Of a stretch of DNA of 64,000 nt, positions 25,301 through 36,599 are shown piece by piece. The position numbers and the translations under genes are program-made. Origin of the DNA: Antedon mediterranea. Taxonomy: Eukaryota; Animalia; Echinodermata. Each line of letters starts with the position of its first letter. Within the stretch, counting starts at the first letter, position 1. The notes below the pieces were generated by a model that did no database searches, was not told the DNA's origin, and was given only the letters and a program-made list of their open reading frames with translations. The stretch is taken from assembly GCF_964355755.1 (NCBI RefSeq), contig NC_092679.1, positions 20,443,432 through 20,507,431 of the forward strand, in the 5' to 3' direction.

Positions 25301-28159
25301 GTAGGTAGAACCTACAATAACTGTAGACCCTACAGTATCGATCAGAACTACCCCCCAATTTCGGATGCATCACATCATGAATTCGTCAAGAATGCGTCAA
25401 TAACTGTAGACTATGATAAACAGTAGTAACCTTAATACATTATAATTGGAACTTCATAGGTCATCAGCAAACACCTCTCCCCAACTGTAAAGGGTACATA
25501 CTGAACAGTAATTACAGTACAAAGAATTAATACAATTTACAGTACATCCAATCAATTTTCCATACAGTACAGTTTGGTCAGCACCTGCTTACATTAGGCT
25601 CTATCAATAGGTTTATCATAAACATTGACGCACAGTGTTACCAGATGTCATCCATTTCTGAATTAGTCTTCAAAACTCTATGGAATTATTATTATTATCC
25701 AATATCACTGTGTCACTCATCAACCAGTATGGTAGCAACACAGGTGTGGAGAATTGGAATGTTGTCGAAATTCAACTTTTAATATTGCAATAAAGGGGCA
25801 TTTCCTTATTTAGTTCAAGCCACTCTTTTTTTTTTATCCAAAAGAGTAGATGATACAATACAGTGCTACTGTGTAAATGAACATTAGCAATAATTACACA
25901 GCTACAGTACTGTAAAATTTTATTATGTATTGTACAATAGACCTTGCAGAGTCTCATGCTATGAAGTGAACTATCGTACAGTAATATTAAAGGAAATCAT
26001 TAAAGAAAAAAAATTGACAAGCCCGACCACAGCAGACTACTAAATAATACGCTACACAGTGTGCATTACTACTGTAAGCTATACGTAATTTTGATCCATT
26101 TTTTAAAACAATTATTTTATGTACTGTACCTGTGTACATTCATTATAATAATAATGTAAAATGTCCTTTCCTTTCCTAGAACCCTAACACTAAATGAATT
26201 ATTTTTTATAGACAATGTATACTGAATACTTACTAAAGTCAACTAACCCGTCTCAAAATATGAATTGGTAATATCAAGAAGATTAATTAAAGATACAGCA
26301 CAATAGGTTGGTTTTCACAAAGAAAATACCAGTAAAAATTAATAAAATAACAGTTATTAGTATTAAGCTCATCACAAGACCAGGTAGCAGGATGTGATGA
26401 TAACAGAAAACAATAAACCGAAATTATGAATAAGTTTCTTTTCACACTAAAGTAATAACTGTGCAAATTTTATACAATATAAACAACTGGTACTTTGATC
26501 ACGTTTAACAAAATATAATAGTGGAATAAACAATAGCATTTCCTATACCACCTACTCAATACTGGAGGCTGGATAATACAAGAAAAAATAAGACACTTTA
26601 AGAATAAACTGAGACTTTACTGTAGTGTTGTAGTAGTAGGTCCTTTGAAAGAGCCAGTGAATATCATTATTAGACAATCATTGACCCTAATTCAGGGTCG
26701 CCAATGAAAGAAGACAGTAACAATGCAATTAAAACACAAACTGATGACTAGTACACATGAAGTACTAAGTAGCAAGTGTGTATATTCACACTACGGTGTC
26801 AGTAGGAGGAAGGATGTGTTCATTTCACTTGCCACTAGTTATTGCCAATACGGTAACCACAAATGGTTTGAACTCATTCACAGCTCAATTTCATTTTTGT
26901 TCTTTGATAGGCCATTATTGAGCAATTGATAGATTGTAACCAGATTAACACAACATAACAATATTAAAACAATTAGATTACACAGTACAAAAGTAAGACT
27001 ATAGTTAAATTGGATGCCAAAAAAGTAAATACTTAATTCCATTTAAGATCCAGAACATGGATTTATGTTATACAGTATTTCATTTCAACCACATCCAATA
27101 TAGGCAAAAATCGCCAATTATAGGATGCCTTAAAAATATTTATATAGAATACATTAAAAAAATAAATAAAAAATAAAATAAATTATACAACATTATATCA
27201 GATTTTAATTCTATAATCACTATTTTTGCTAGATCTGTAAACAAATATTTGTACATTTTCCTGCAACTAAAAATAGACTCGGCCAATTACAACAACCCCT
27301 CCAGCAATTTTGAGTGTTTATCACTTTAAGGGTTATTTGATGACATCTTAATATGGGACTAATAACAGTTCTGGCAACTGGGAATGCCTAATATGGCATT
27401 CATCTCTCTGTCAATCATCTTCCAGACAGTGGTCATGTCAATGACCTTCACAAACCATCAAGATATCATATACTGATTACTAAGGAGAACTGGGTAACAA
27501 AATGTAATTAATTGGTTAAAAACTTCTGTTGAAAGAAAAGACAAACCTAATAATAATGGTGAAGTACAATAATACCAATAATGTCAATAGTAAATACACA
27601 TATCATTGCATCAATATCTAGGCTAGGCCTAAAAAGTAAAAAACAACTGATTACATTTTAAAAATGTGTAGCAAGAATAAAACAATAAAGGTGCTCAAAA
27701 TAAATGTCAGATACCCACTGTCAGTAAGGCCTAGTAGTAGTGGTAGTAGTATTAATTACAAATAAAATAGCTAGGCTTAGGCCTAGTAGTAGTTAGGTTG
27801 CCACTTCCCCCACTCACTGGCGGTGTGGCACTGTATTGCTCGCGCACCACAGCAGCAGTGAGTGCTGGCCTAGACTAGGCCTAGCTTGCTAGGCCTGGCT
27901 CCTCAAAACAAATGCTTTTTAGTTAGGAGCTATATGTGTGTGCGAAATATGGTAGATGGTAGGCTTAACAGGCTAGCTATGATATGTCTGTCTAGTAAGC
28001 CTATTAAAATATCGAGTGTGTATGGAAGAATGGGATAACATTTTGACAGCAGACAACAAAGTGGAGTGAGCCATTTTTAGTACAAAAACTTAAAATTTAA
28101 CAAAGTTTTTGTCAGACAAATATTGCAATTAACAGTTTAACTTACTTTATGCGACCCAT
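1396..28159 (-). CDS. numb: Protein numb (PTB domain, NumbF domain, C-terminal endocytic motifs); 9 coding exons, about 521 aa
   Basis: Exons (minus strand): 28146-28159, 20582-20801, 19980-20054, 12411-12485, 9180-9320, 8069-8267, 6703-6909, 5121-5312, 1396-1838. All are GT-AG and total 1566 nt in frame. The translation has Numb hallmarks: [102 protein letters not shown], Numb[32 protein letters not shown], and C-terminus [14 protein letters not shown]. Confidence 0.96.
2001..2156. mobile_element. MITE family B copy (TIR AGGCCAATTTACACAGACG), left end degenerate
   Basis: Colinear similarity to 3678-3857; ends tctgtgtgaattggcctt. Confidence 0.75.
2955..3331. mobile_element. Degenerate non-autonomous DNA transposon fragment with repeated AATAAACGCC(C) motifs
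   Basis: Four ataaacg(c/t)c motifs and an end ...ttattcgaaacggTA, typical of Tc1/mariner-type MITE ends. Confidence 0.45.
3678..3857. mobile_element. MITE family B copy, both TIRs present (possibly PIF/Harbinger-type)
   Basis: Inverted termini aagccaaatttacacagacgag ... ctcgtctgtgtaaattggcctt, flanked by tta/taa. A third, partial copy is at 4790-4850. Confidence 0.8.
4020..4330. repeat. Local imperfect tandem duplication (aaatagatcctacagtc...ttgaaatgac...ttttaaactt units)
   Basis: Three related units start near 4022, 4138 and 4208. Confidence 0.7.
5745..6530. repeat. About 17-bp minisatellite (GGACACCTCTATTCAAA/G) expanded inside a family C MITE
   Basis: Dozens of direct units. The same motif occurs in short MITE remnants at 40665-40725, 41630-41855, 44050-44200, 44980-45130, 56494-56565 and 57064-57442. 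Confidence 0.92.
10250..10520. repeat. Minisatellite, 36-40 bp unit (ttattctcatctctataatggattaatttatgtcatgac)
   Basis: About seven imperfect tandem units. Confidence 0.88.
11638..12030. repeat. Polypurine (GAA/AAG-type) low-complexity tract
   Basis: About 390 bp, almost only A and G on the plus strand. Confidence 0.93.
16203..16716. mobile_element. Non-autonomous DNA transposon with about 50-bp near-perfect TIRs
   Basis: The left end tagagaggtttcgcaatcttacgaatacgataacgaaaacggatacgtca matches the reverse complement of the right end with 2 mismatches. No ORF inside. Confidence 0.88.
17450..17590 (+). mobile_element. Degenerate copy of the Penelope-like terminal-repeat fragment seen at 32076-32240
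   Basis: Shared ctgttttactttat...tccattgagatccag.cactgatacc.aca...ttgtc.tttttt with 32130-32225. Confidence 0.6.
17950..18265. repeat. About 175-bp tandem duplication
   Basis: aaaagggtcaaa...aaatcaac.gat...ttcccccgga.atagcaaaacataaa occurs twice in tandem. Confidence 0.8.
18742..18900. mobile_element. MITE family A (TIR AAGCTCTGTCTACACTATCAAACT)
   Basis: Inverted termini and internal atatggtagtgat repeats; one of 7 copies in the window. Confidence 0.88.
19799..19960. mobile_element. MITE family A, right end truncated
   Basis: Left TIR plus three (gcccaaatatggtagtgatat) units; ends about 20 bp from a numb donor site. Confidence 0.82.
20185..20545. repeat. About 190-bp imperfect tandem duplication
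   Basis: ttttatcccgcaat...tacagta..tccattgtaactg.gtggtg...aaaa.actgtacagta occurs twice. Confidence 0.7.
21055..21295 (-). mobile_element. 5'-truncated copy of the 5S-derived SINE (body plus (AATAA)n tail)
   Basis: Colinear with 57680-57907 (cgataattaccgcca...caccttgattggtccta.cattgatcaagggcttc...accagaggaaaggca...). Confidence 0.85.
22541..22830 (+). mobile_element. tRNA-derived SINE with a Deu/Nin-type central domain
   Basis: A box TGGCCGAGCGG, B box GGTTCGAGGC, acceptor-like gagtgag/ctcactc. Central tcttctcggataaggactataaacc...gagtagggggttaccccggtgt resembles the Deu/Nin domain (recalled consensus). (TCAA)n tail and flanking direct repeat tactgtaca. Confidence 0.8.
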
Positions 28160-28400
28160 CGCCGTTCAAAGTAAAACTATAATCCAACTAAAAATCCAAG
28201 AGTACTTTAAAATATGAGTTCAAATAAAAAATAACGAAACTGATTAAAAATTGATTCCAATTCACTTCTAACGGAAGACCATCAAAAACAACCTCAAGGC
28301 CCACAGAAGGTGCAGTACTGCAATTTAGTTGCGTACTTTTGATGACGTACGGCATTCCATGCTGAAAAGAGGGCTGCACTTCTCTATTTTGAGCAATTTA
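28160..28400 (-). promoter_or_regulatory. Probable 5' UTR and proximal promoter of numb
   Basis: Directly upstream of the ATG at 28159. CpG frequency rises here and a tgacgta CRE-like element is at about 28343. The TSS cannot be determined. Confidence 0.4.
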
Positions 28401-31400
28401 GACACAACCATTTTCAAAACGGGACCATTACCTAATAATTGTACAATAATTACAGCAAATAAGAGAATTTAACTACACTAATTTAATAGGTTAAGAAGCA
28501 CAACTATGTTTCTTTTAATTCAAATTTATATTTAATTTTTTAGTTACGAAAAAAATGAAAATTAAATGACAATATTGCATTGTAAAATACGTTTCTATAA
28601 TGCGCTGACCCATAGTCATTAAGGGATCGCCTCCCATTAAAAAAATGTACTTGTGTAATCAATACGGTGTCTTACTTTTAATGTGTGTAAATATAGAACT
28701 TGAATTATAATTCTTTTTGATCAAACAATTGTATCAACCTAAAATAAAATAATCAACTTTAAAATAAGCGATATTTATAATGCTAATTCCAATATGATTT
28801 AAAGTCGACTTATAAATCTTTTATTTCTATACCTTAATATATGTGAATTCATAAATGACCATGAGATAAATAGCTCATACACATTCTTATCGTGCGGTTC
28901 CGCAGCTTTAATTTCTATTTTGCACTTTAATAAATATATACATATATATATATATATACATGTTGAGCCTGCCATAGCAGACAAAAACGTAGGACATTCT
29001 AGTCTATTCTATAGTCGCTTTGAATAAAAACAACAACACATTTTTTAATATCATAAGGCGTTCATTGTAAACAATTAAGAAATGTTATATTTTTATTGTT
29101 TTAATTGATCCAACTAAAATTATGCATTACAGTATTAAAATTATGTCTAGTTTATTACCGCGTCTATTGTTTTATCTCATGATCCCTGAATACAGTTTTT
29201 CTTACGGAAGCTGGAAGACCCCACTTGGTCGATATTTACCAGTAAACACTGATTTTGAAATACCAACGAAATGTGTCATGAATTAATAATTAATCATTCT
29301 TCTGTAAATACAAATCAAATTTTTGCTGTATGCGCTAGATCGATCGAAAGTTGAAAATGATGACAGAATATTATCGACAAAAGAGTGACCAAGGATGATT
29401 CACGACGAGTGTAGGCCTGGTGACTCACAACATACATGTGAAGATTGTTCAGGACCTTTTGTTGATTAATCTCCAGACAAAACTCATGAATGAACTGGAA
29501 CATGAACTGAACATTTATTTGAATTATAAATCATTGGAGTTGGAATCATTTCAATAAGCTGTCTCTGAGAGTGGACAGTCTAAACAATGGCTGCAGATGC
29601 GTTTGTGTGAAGTAGGTCAGGACATGGAGTAATACTCCCCATGGTCAGCCAGGGGTTGTGCTGGGGTAGGTACCATGTATCCACCATCAGCCTACACCCA
29701 CCGTAACCCGAGATACCCTTAGGGAGGATAATGGACAAAAGTGTGTTTGCTGTCATTGTTAAGGGCCTAGTTATATAAATATTCATGAAACACAATGTTT
29801 ACATTTTTGTTTTGACAGGGAACTGGACTAAAAGCTTATTTGCGGGAAAGTTTGAGTGAAAAAAGATACGGCATAGGCCTATCCCTGTTTGTTTTTGTGT
29901 TTTTATTTAATTCGTTGAAAATCAAAACAAGGCGAAGGTACCCACCCGAGTGGAACATGAACACATCAGTTCTTACGTAGAGAATAATTTTTCCCGATAA
30001 ATATTAACAATGTCGGCAAGTCTTTTATTCCAGTTTCGATGAAAATGTATTATTGATATGTGAAATAAAGAAATGCAACGTGTTCAATAAAACAATCATC
30101 TTAAATTGGGATATACTGTTCTGGGTTTAAACTCAAATAAATCAGTCGTGAATATTTAAACACACTATTGAAATCCATCCGTGCGATAAAATAACAAAAC
30201 AATAAATCAATATGCGTTATTATTAATTATGATTTATAGGTATGTGGTTGTTCCAGGTGGTGTGAAACATATTGACCGATTGCGTATGTTCACATTTATT
30301 TAATAATCCCGTTAATCCATTGGAGTGATTATTATTATTGTTATAATATTAATATCTCCCATGAAAATGTGTGGGTACAAAGAGATATCTTCGCGCGGTT
30401 TGGTACCAAAACAGAAGTTAATTAACTGTAGAGGGCGCTATATGATAAAGTTAAAATTAAAACGAAATTTCAGGGTGTCCTTATAATTTGATCAATTATA
30501 ATACGGTTAAGGTGCAAAATGAAGTTGCATTAACTATGGGAACTACTACCATAGGCTAAATATTCACATAGTGATGATAAATATTGTTGAAAATAAATAA
30601 TAACCTAATTTATACAGCGAATGTTTTTCTTTAAGACCTACTTAAAATTAGTAAAATCTGGGTTGATGTGGGGAGTGGAGGGGATACATTTTTGTATGAT
30701 AGGCCTGCCCAACCCCCAAATAAATATTTGAACAAAGAACGGGGGACCGTGATATAATGTACGATGATAGTTCGACAGAATGAGGTGGACTTTTAAAAAA
30801 ATTGACCAAACTACATTTGTTTTTTCATTGTTATTTCCATCATAGAATCGATCCATTAAATTACTTCAATGCGGATACTAGGGTGTTCACATTTTTGTTT
30901 TTCATTCTCTTAATGTGCGATGACTAAGGTTAGGCAAAATAGTGAACGTTATTGACTAAGCGGCCTCGCCTATAAGTAATAACACTTAGAAAAGATGATT
31001 TTATTGTTCGCATGATGATAATTAGTATTTTTCCGAGACAGCCAAATGACATTTTAACGTACATTAGTCCGTTAGTTAATAATTGTCAACGTCAATGGCT
31101 AATTCACAATGATATATGGGGGGGGGGGGGGGAGCGTATCGAAATATTTATGTGGAAAGTAGGGTGTGTGTGTTTTAAAGGATTGGGTGGTTATGGGTGG
31201 GGCGCAGTTGATTTTTAAATGACTAAATCAGTTCAGCTCATGTCATCAATTGTCGGTTAGATGTTAAAAGCAATTGGAATTATTATTATAGGAAGGACAA
31301 AAGTTAGATGGGGTATTTTTTGGGGGGGGGGGGGGGGAAGTTGGGTGTAAACGATGACGTACGTGAGGTTGGTATAGTATGAAGATGGATCGAATATGGG

Positions 31401-32075
31401 GAGAAAAATGGTAAAGAGGGCCTCGTGCAAGGTTCATGTTCTTGAAGAAGTGGAGTAGGTCAGATAATACTGTGTCGTGTGCAAAATGACAAATGATGAT
31501 GGGTAATTTTGTTGGCTGTAGAATAGTAGACTTATGAGATAATGATTAACGGAGAATACTTTTTTCTGAAATAAATAATGAATCAAAACATATTTACATA
31601 GTGTCTCGACACACAAAATGCACGGACGGACGTGTGCTACTACTATATTGGAAGTATGTCGGCGTTATTGCGAGAAATTCATTTAAAGGCATTATCTCTT
31701 AGTACGTACTTGCGCAAATCAACAATGAAACTTTAATATCTACGTCTCTAACTATATTTCCTGGTTATACCATATCAGATTCTAAAATAAAATACATTTA
31801 TATTTATGATTGCATAATCTTCAGAACGAGATGATTTTGCAAATAAAATTAGGCGTACACAAGCCGCATGGGTCTCACTTTACGTTTCAACATTTTAAGT
31901 AGTCCCGTCAGAACAATTCAATGTGCACATTTCGATCGTAAATGACGATACAACGATATAAATAATTGAGCTAGAGAATTGTATTTACAAAAGTAATAAA
32001 AATACCTATAGATACAAAAGTACCTATAGATATACAAGTACCTATAGGCCTAGATACAAGTAGCTATAGATATAA

Positions 32076-32119
32076 TAGCACTGATGATGAAGGGCCAGTG
32101 TTGGCCGAAAGCTCTGCTA
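32076..32119 (+). ncRNA. Minimal type I hammerhead ribozyme-like motif (Penelope-type), probably degenerate
   Basis: tagca-CTGATGA-tgaag-ggcca gtgt tggcc-GAAA-gc-TC-tgcta. Stem I is tagca/tgcta, stem II is ggcca/tggcc, and the minimal stem III is the palindrome AGCT. There are extra bases after the core. Confidence 0.65.
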
Positions 32120-32240
32120 ACTTTTCTCTGGCTGTTTTACTTTATCGTTTTGATTTAGATTTTCGCTTTTTTTGTATCTCCATTGAGATCCAGCCACTGA
32201 TACCCACAGCATTGTCATTTTTTTCAGTAATTTGCCTTTT
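32076..32240 (+). mobile_element. Penelope-like element terminal-repeat fragment
   Basis: Hammerhead motif followed by a T-rich body that recurs at 17450-17590. Confidence 0.6.
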
Positions 32241-33068
32241 GATTTATAAAGTAGAAGGATAACATTTTTACTGCGGAAAAAAATACAAACAATGATTGCG
32301 ATTTGTTTGAGGATAATACGAGTGTTTGAGAGAAAATATTGCATTCGCTTTAATTTATTGGGGGATTATTTCTACAGTTTATTTAAGGTCGAATTTCATC
32401 CTTCAACCAATCACTGGCATAGTATACTAATTCGGGTGCATCTAATAGATTTACAAGTACATCAGACCCTACAGTAAAGCAGCTTCTCTGATTAATTAAA
32501 ATAAAGTGGGGGGGGGGGGGGACAACTTTGGAACTAAAGTGTCCTAGTAGGAGTTTCCTCTTGAGTATTATTGGTCGACTGTTATAGTTTCACTCCCATA
32601 TTAGGGCCCGACCTCAACAAGTGAATTTCCCTATAGTTTGTACGGAAAGTTTCCCCGTAACGGGCCAAAATGATCTGTGGGGGAGAGTGGGGATAGTTTC
32701 TTTAGACCACTTGAGGGACCACTTGATTTTGTAATAATTGCCTTAACTATGTGAGTTTCATGTAAGAAGACGCGATTATATACCATACCGATTTGAAAAA
32801 TAACCAAAAAAAATGCACGGGCTTTGTTATTATTGAAATGAAAAACATTGTAATAAAATACCGCTATACGTTTAATTAATTAGGCCTCCACGTATAGACA
32901 TTATACGAATTAATTTAAAATACATGTTCCGGTATCGGGAGATCAAAGGGCACCTTGTATTCGACAGGTAGTCGGAGTGCCTGGTGAAAGTTGACGTAGG
33001 GCCTATCAAAATGAAATTATTAAAAATATTAATGATCCATGAAGTACGAAGTATAAATATTCACTTAC

Positions 33069-33145
33069 ATTTTATCTGTTCGAGACTGACCGCTTTTATT
33101 CCCTGGTGATGATGGCCACAAATGAGGCAGAACAGACGTGAACAT
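33069..33145 (-). CDS. Candidate alternative first coding exon of numb (MFTSVLPHLWPSSPGNKSGQSRTDK-M)
   Basis: ATG at 33145, 25 open codons plus AT, then a consensus donor gtaagt. Phase 2 matches the acceptor at 20801, the same phase as the 28146-28159 exon. It lies in a CpG-richer, promoter-like region. No homology support. Confidence 0.4.
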
Positions 33146-34904
33146 ACAATGAATTACAAATAGATTGTAAGCAGTATATCACCGTTTATTATTAATAATC
33201 GATACAAAATGGTGGTAGGGCGTACAGCACTGATAACATACATGATAAACAAACATATAAAACGTACCTTAGTCACTGTGCAAAGTGAATCCCTGGCCGG
33301 CTATTTGTTCAGCGCGCCGTGTGCATATATATACACACACACCGTTCAGGTAAAATATTCCGCAATTTAAAAAACCCGTATAATAATTGTTTAAATTATG
33401 TTCGGATGAAAACTGAATATTAATCATTCATTAATAAAATAAAATATCCATTATTTCGTTCAAATATCTCGCGTTTATGAACACGCCTATCGTGTAGATT
33501 TTAGCAATATCGGTGTGTTGTATATATAATTAGTCAATATGGCATGGTTATAGCTAGTCATTCAATAAAGAGCCACTCTCAAGGTAAAATCAATAACAAC
33601 CGAACGGCGCATGAGCAGAGCATGATAAAACGTTATTCTATAAGATGTTCGCTTTTTTTCTCAATATTACGAGAACCATAGGAAATACAGAATAAACTCA
33701 ACAATAAACTGGAAGGCTTTAGGGCAAATTCACATCCACACAATGGCTTAATTGACAATTTGTTTTCGCTACTGGCAGACGGTAGCGAGCTGGTAACAAT
33801 AGATGGTGATCACTGATGCGTATCATTCTGAATATTAATAAGGCCATCTATACGTTGAGTGAAGATGTTGACCAATGAACAGATGTAGATAATTTACGTA
33901 AAACGTGTTCATTTTACGTCAAATCTATTTGTTGTGTAAATCCTGTATTTTGGTAATAAAAGAGAGCCAATACTGTAATGTTTGATAATCGTAGGTATAG
34001 AGTTTAAGACAACGCAAACAACATTAAATTGGCGACGATATTATAAGAAATATAAAAAAAATCACTTTGCTGCCTATAAGAACTTGAGATGAGTAAAACA
34101 TGGACTAGTAAAAGCATCCATAGCGTAGATTCTTATATGCCTCATCCTTCAGATGTGATGTCAAGTTGTTGGTTTAGTGTTGATAAAGGCACCATGCTGT
34201 GAATGCGTGCGCAGGAGTAGACCTCTTGTTGATACCACATAAGAATATATAGCAGTGACAAGCCCAACATATATTTAATGGTTTTTATTTATAATCATTA
34301 TTACGTTAATATTTTATTTATTTTATATATTTTTATGAAATGGCTATTCTATATTAAAATGTATTATTCTATTAAAATACCTTCAAAATATCACAAAATT
34401 ACATTGAAAATATTGTTTAAAAACTTAAAACAAACGGTACAAGTGAACTCAACAAACACTACCAATAACATGTTTGCTTTTTTGGTTCCTTTGGCGTTTC
34501 ATACATACTCCTTTTCCAATTATCTTATAAAGAAAGTACTAGGCATTGCATTTTCACAATTCTCATCGAAAAAAAGTATGGTTACCCTTATTAATACAAA
34601 TTAGTGCTTTTAACAAAATTGAATATAGTACTGGTTAAATGGTTAAAATAAAAAATACGTACAGTATTGTACGCAACAGGAAAGAGTTAACTTTAAAAAA
34701 GTGTAATTTTACTCTTCCCTGTATGCACCTATAAAACTGTGTAATAAGATTATTTACAGGACTTCTATATGGAAGAAATAAAAGCACTATGTATAAACTA
34801 TACACCAATGGTGTCAGTATAAGCACCTGATTTATTAAGCACCACTTGTATCTGGCTAATTTTCACTTGCTCTAAAGAAACCAACTAATTACCGAAATAC
34901 CAGC

Positions 34905-35030
34905 TTATTCTTGGTCCCACTAGGATGCAACGCAAGGACGTAAGCACAATGCAAGTAATTTGACCAATCACAAGCAATAGATTATTCGCACTGTCGCTTG
35001 TCATTGGTCAATTCACTCACATCTTTGCAA
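34905..35030. mobile_element. MITE family D fragment (cttggttcccactag...ttgaccaatcacaagc)
   Basis: Similar to 35332-35410, 38835-38990 and the complete copy at 57191-57328. Confidence 0.7.
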
Positions 35031-36599
35031 CCTTATAATACACATTTTGGAAATGAATTACTCTATTTAAAATAATTCCTATTATTAAAAACAAATATGT
35101 TTTTACAATCAACATATCCAGTCCTATAAACTAAAGTCTAAATCTAAATTAATATTAGTCATAAAACTTCTTAAATATAAATTTATTTTAAAGGCTTTGT
35201 ATAAATCAAGGGTATTATAAAGTTATTATAAAAATATGATATATTTGAATAATTATAAAATTACATATTCTATCTGAATAATATTACAAATATAAACAGA
35301 GTTACAGTACATCTCCTTTGAGACACCCCTTGCTTGGTTCCCACTTGTAGAGTTGACCAATCACAAGCAACCGTTTGGATGGTCCATCATGTTTTGATTA
35401 GTCAAATTACAAGGTTCAGTATTTTTATTAATTTGTTATACAACTGGAATGCATTATAATTTATTTTTAGATTCCCTTCTCCCTCACAGATGGGTTTAAA
35501 ATACAAAATGATTATATTAAAATTCTATTACTATATAAATTGAATGTGAAAGAATAAAAAATATATTAATCATAAAGAAGCATACATTTGCATACTAACT
35601 AATTGGTGACATCACAAAATCTGATTAAAATCTTAATACAGGCCAAAGTAAATAGCACCTCTGTATTTTGCTAATTTGATTCATTATTTTAATCTTTTAT
35701 GTATTTGTAGGGTTCAAATATGTATTCTAACATTTCCCAAAACATTAAACAAACATGAGCATTATTTGGTCTATACTAGAGGGCCAAGGTGTAACATTCA
35801 AAGTGTACCATTTTGCATTGTATATAATATATGGAGAATTACAGTCAAACACCAGAAACTCTTTTAAAACATTCTCTTTCATTGAAAATACATTATGAAA
35901 ACCAGACTGGTCATTTTGGGCCAGACCATGGAGTTTGGGAAAGTTTCCCAACTACTAGTTTAAAATAGCAGACAACTGAAAGCACAATTGCTATTGTATC
36001 AAATATTCCGAGTTTCAAATTATACGAAAGCACTATTGTATTTTATAACTAAAAAAGTTTGCTTTAATACCTTATATTATACTTACACCTATTACTAAAG
36101 CAAAATATTAACGGAAATATCAAATAAAGAATCTGTTCAAAGAAAACATATTGAAGAGGTTAGGACTTTCTTCTGGTGTTGAATGCCAGAAAATTGAAAG
36201 ACAAATACTATCTCTTTTCAGAGAATTTATTGCATAATTACTTTGCAAAAAAGCTTAAAAATTTTAGCAAGAAAACTAGGTGGTGGTTAGTTAGGTGCAG
36301 TCAGCTATGGAGGGATTTCAGGTATTGGACTTTCAATTTGTAAGTATCTTACTGTAACTTCCACTTAGCCTACCCTAAAACTGGATAAAAAGTTGCAAGG
36401 TTAAAATGTGTTTAGTAAACTTTATCTTTCCTCTCTTTCAATTTTATAGACATCTTTAAATAGATGAAAAAGGTATTATTTGTAAATTCTCTTACTTAAA
36501 TTCACATGATACATAAATGTGTTTGGTGCAGATATCTTTTCCACTTACGCCAACCTGGAAACTTAAAAATGTACCTTACCTCACACTAATTATAGTCAT

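Noticed and set aside
28146-28159. N-myristoylation of the MG- start of long Numb
   Set aside because: MGRIKE fits the consensus poorly (no Ser/Thr at position 6; charged residues nearby).
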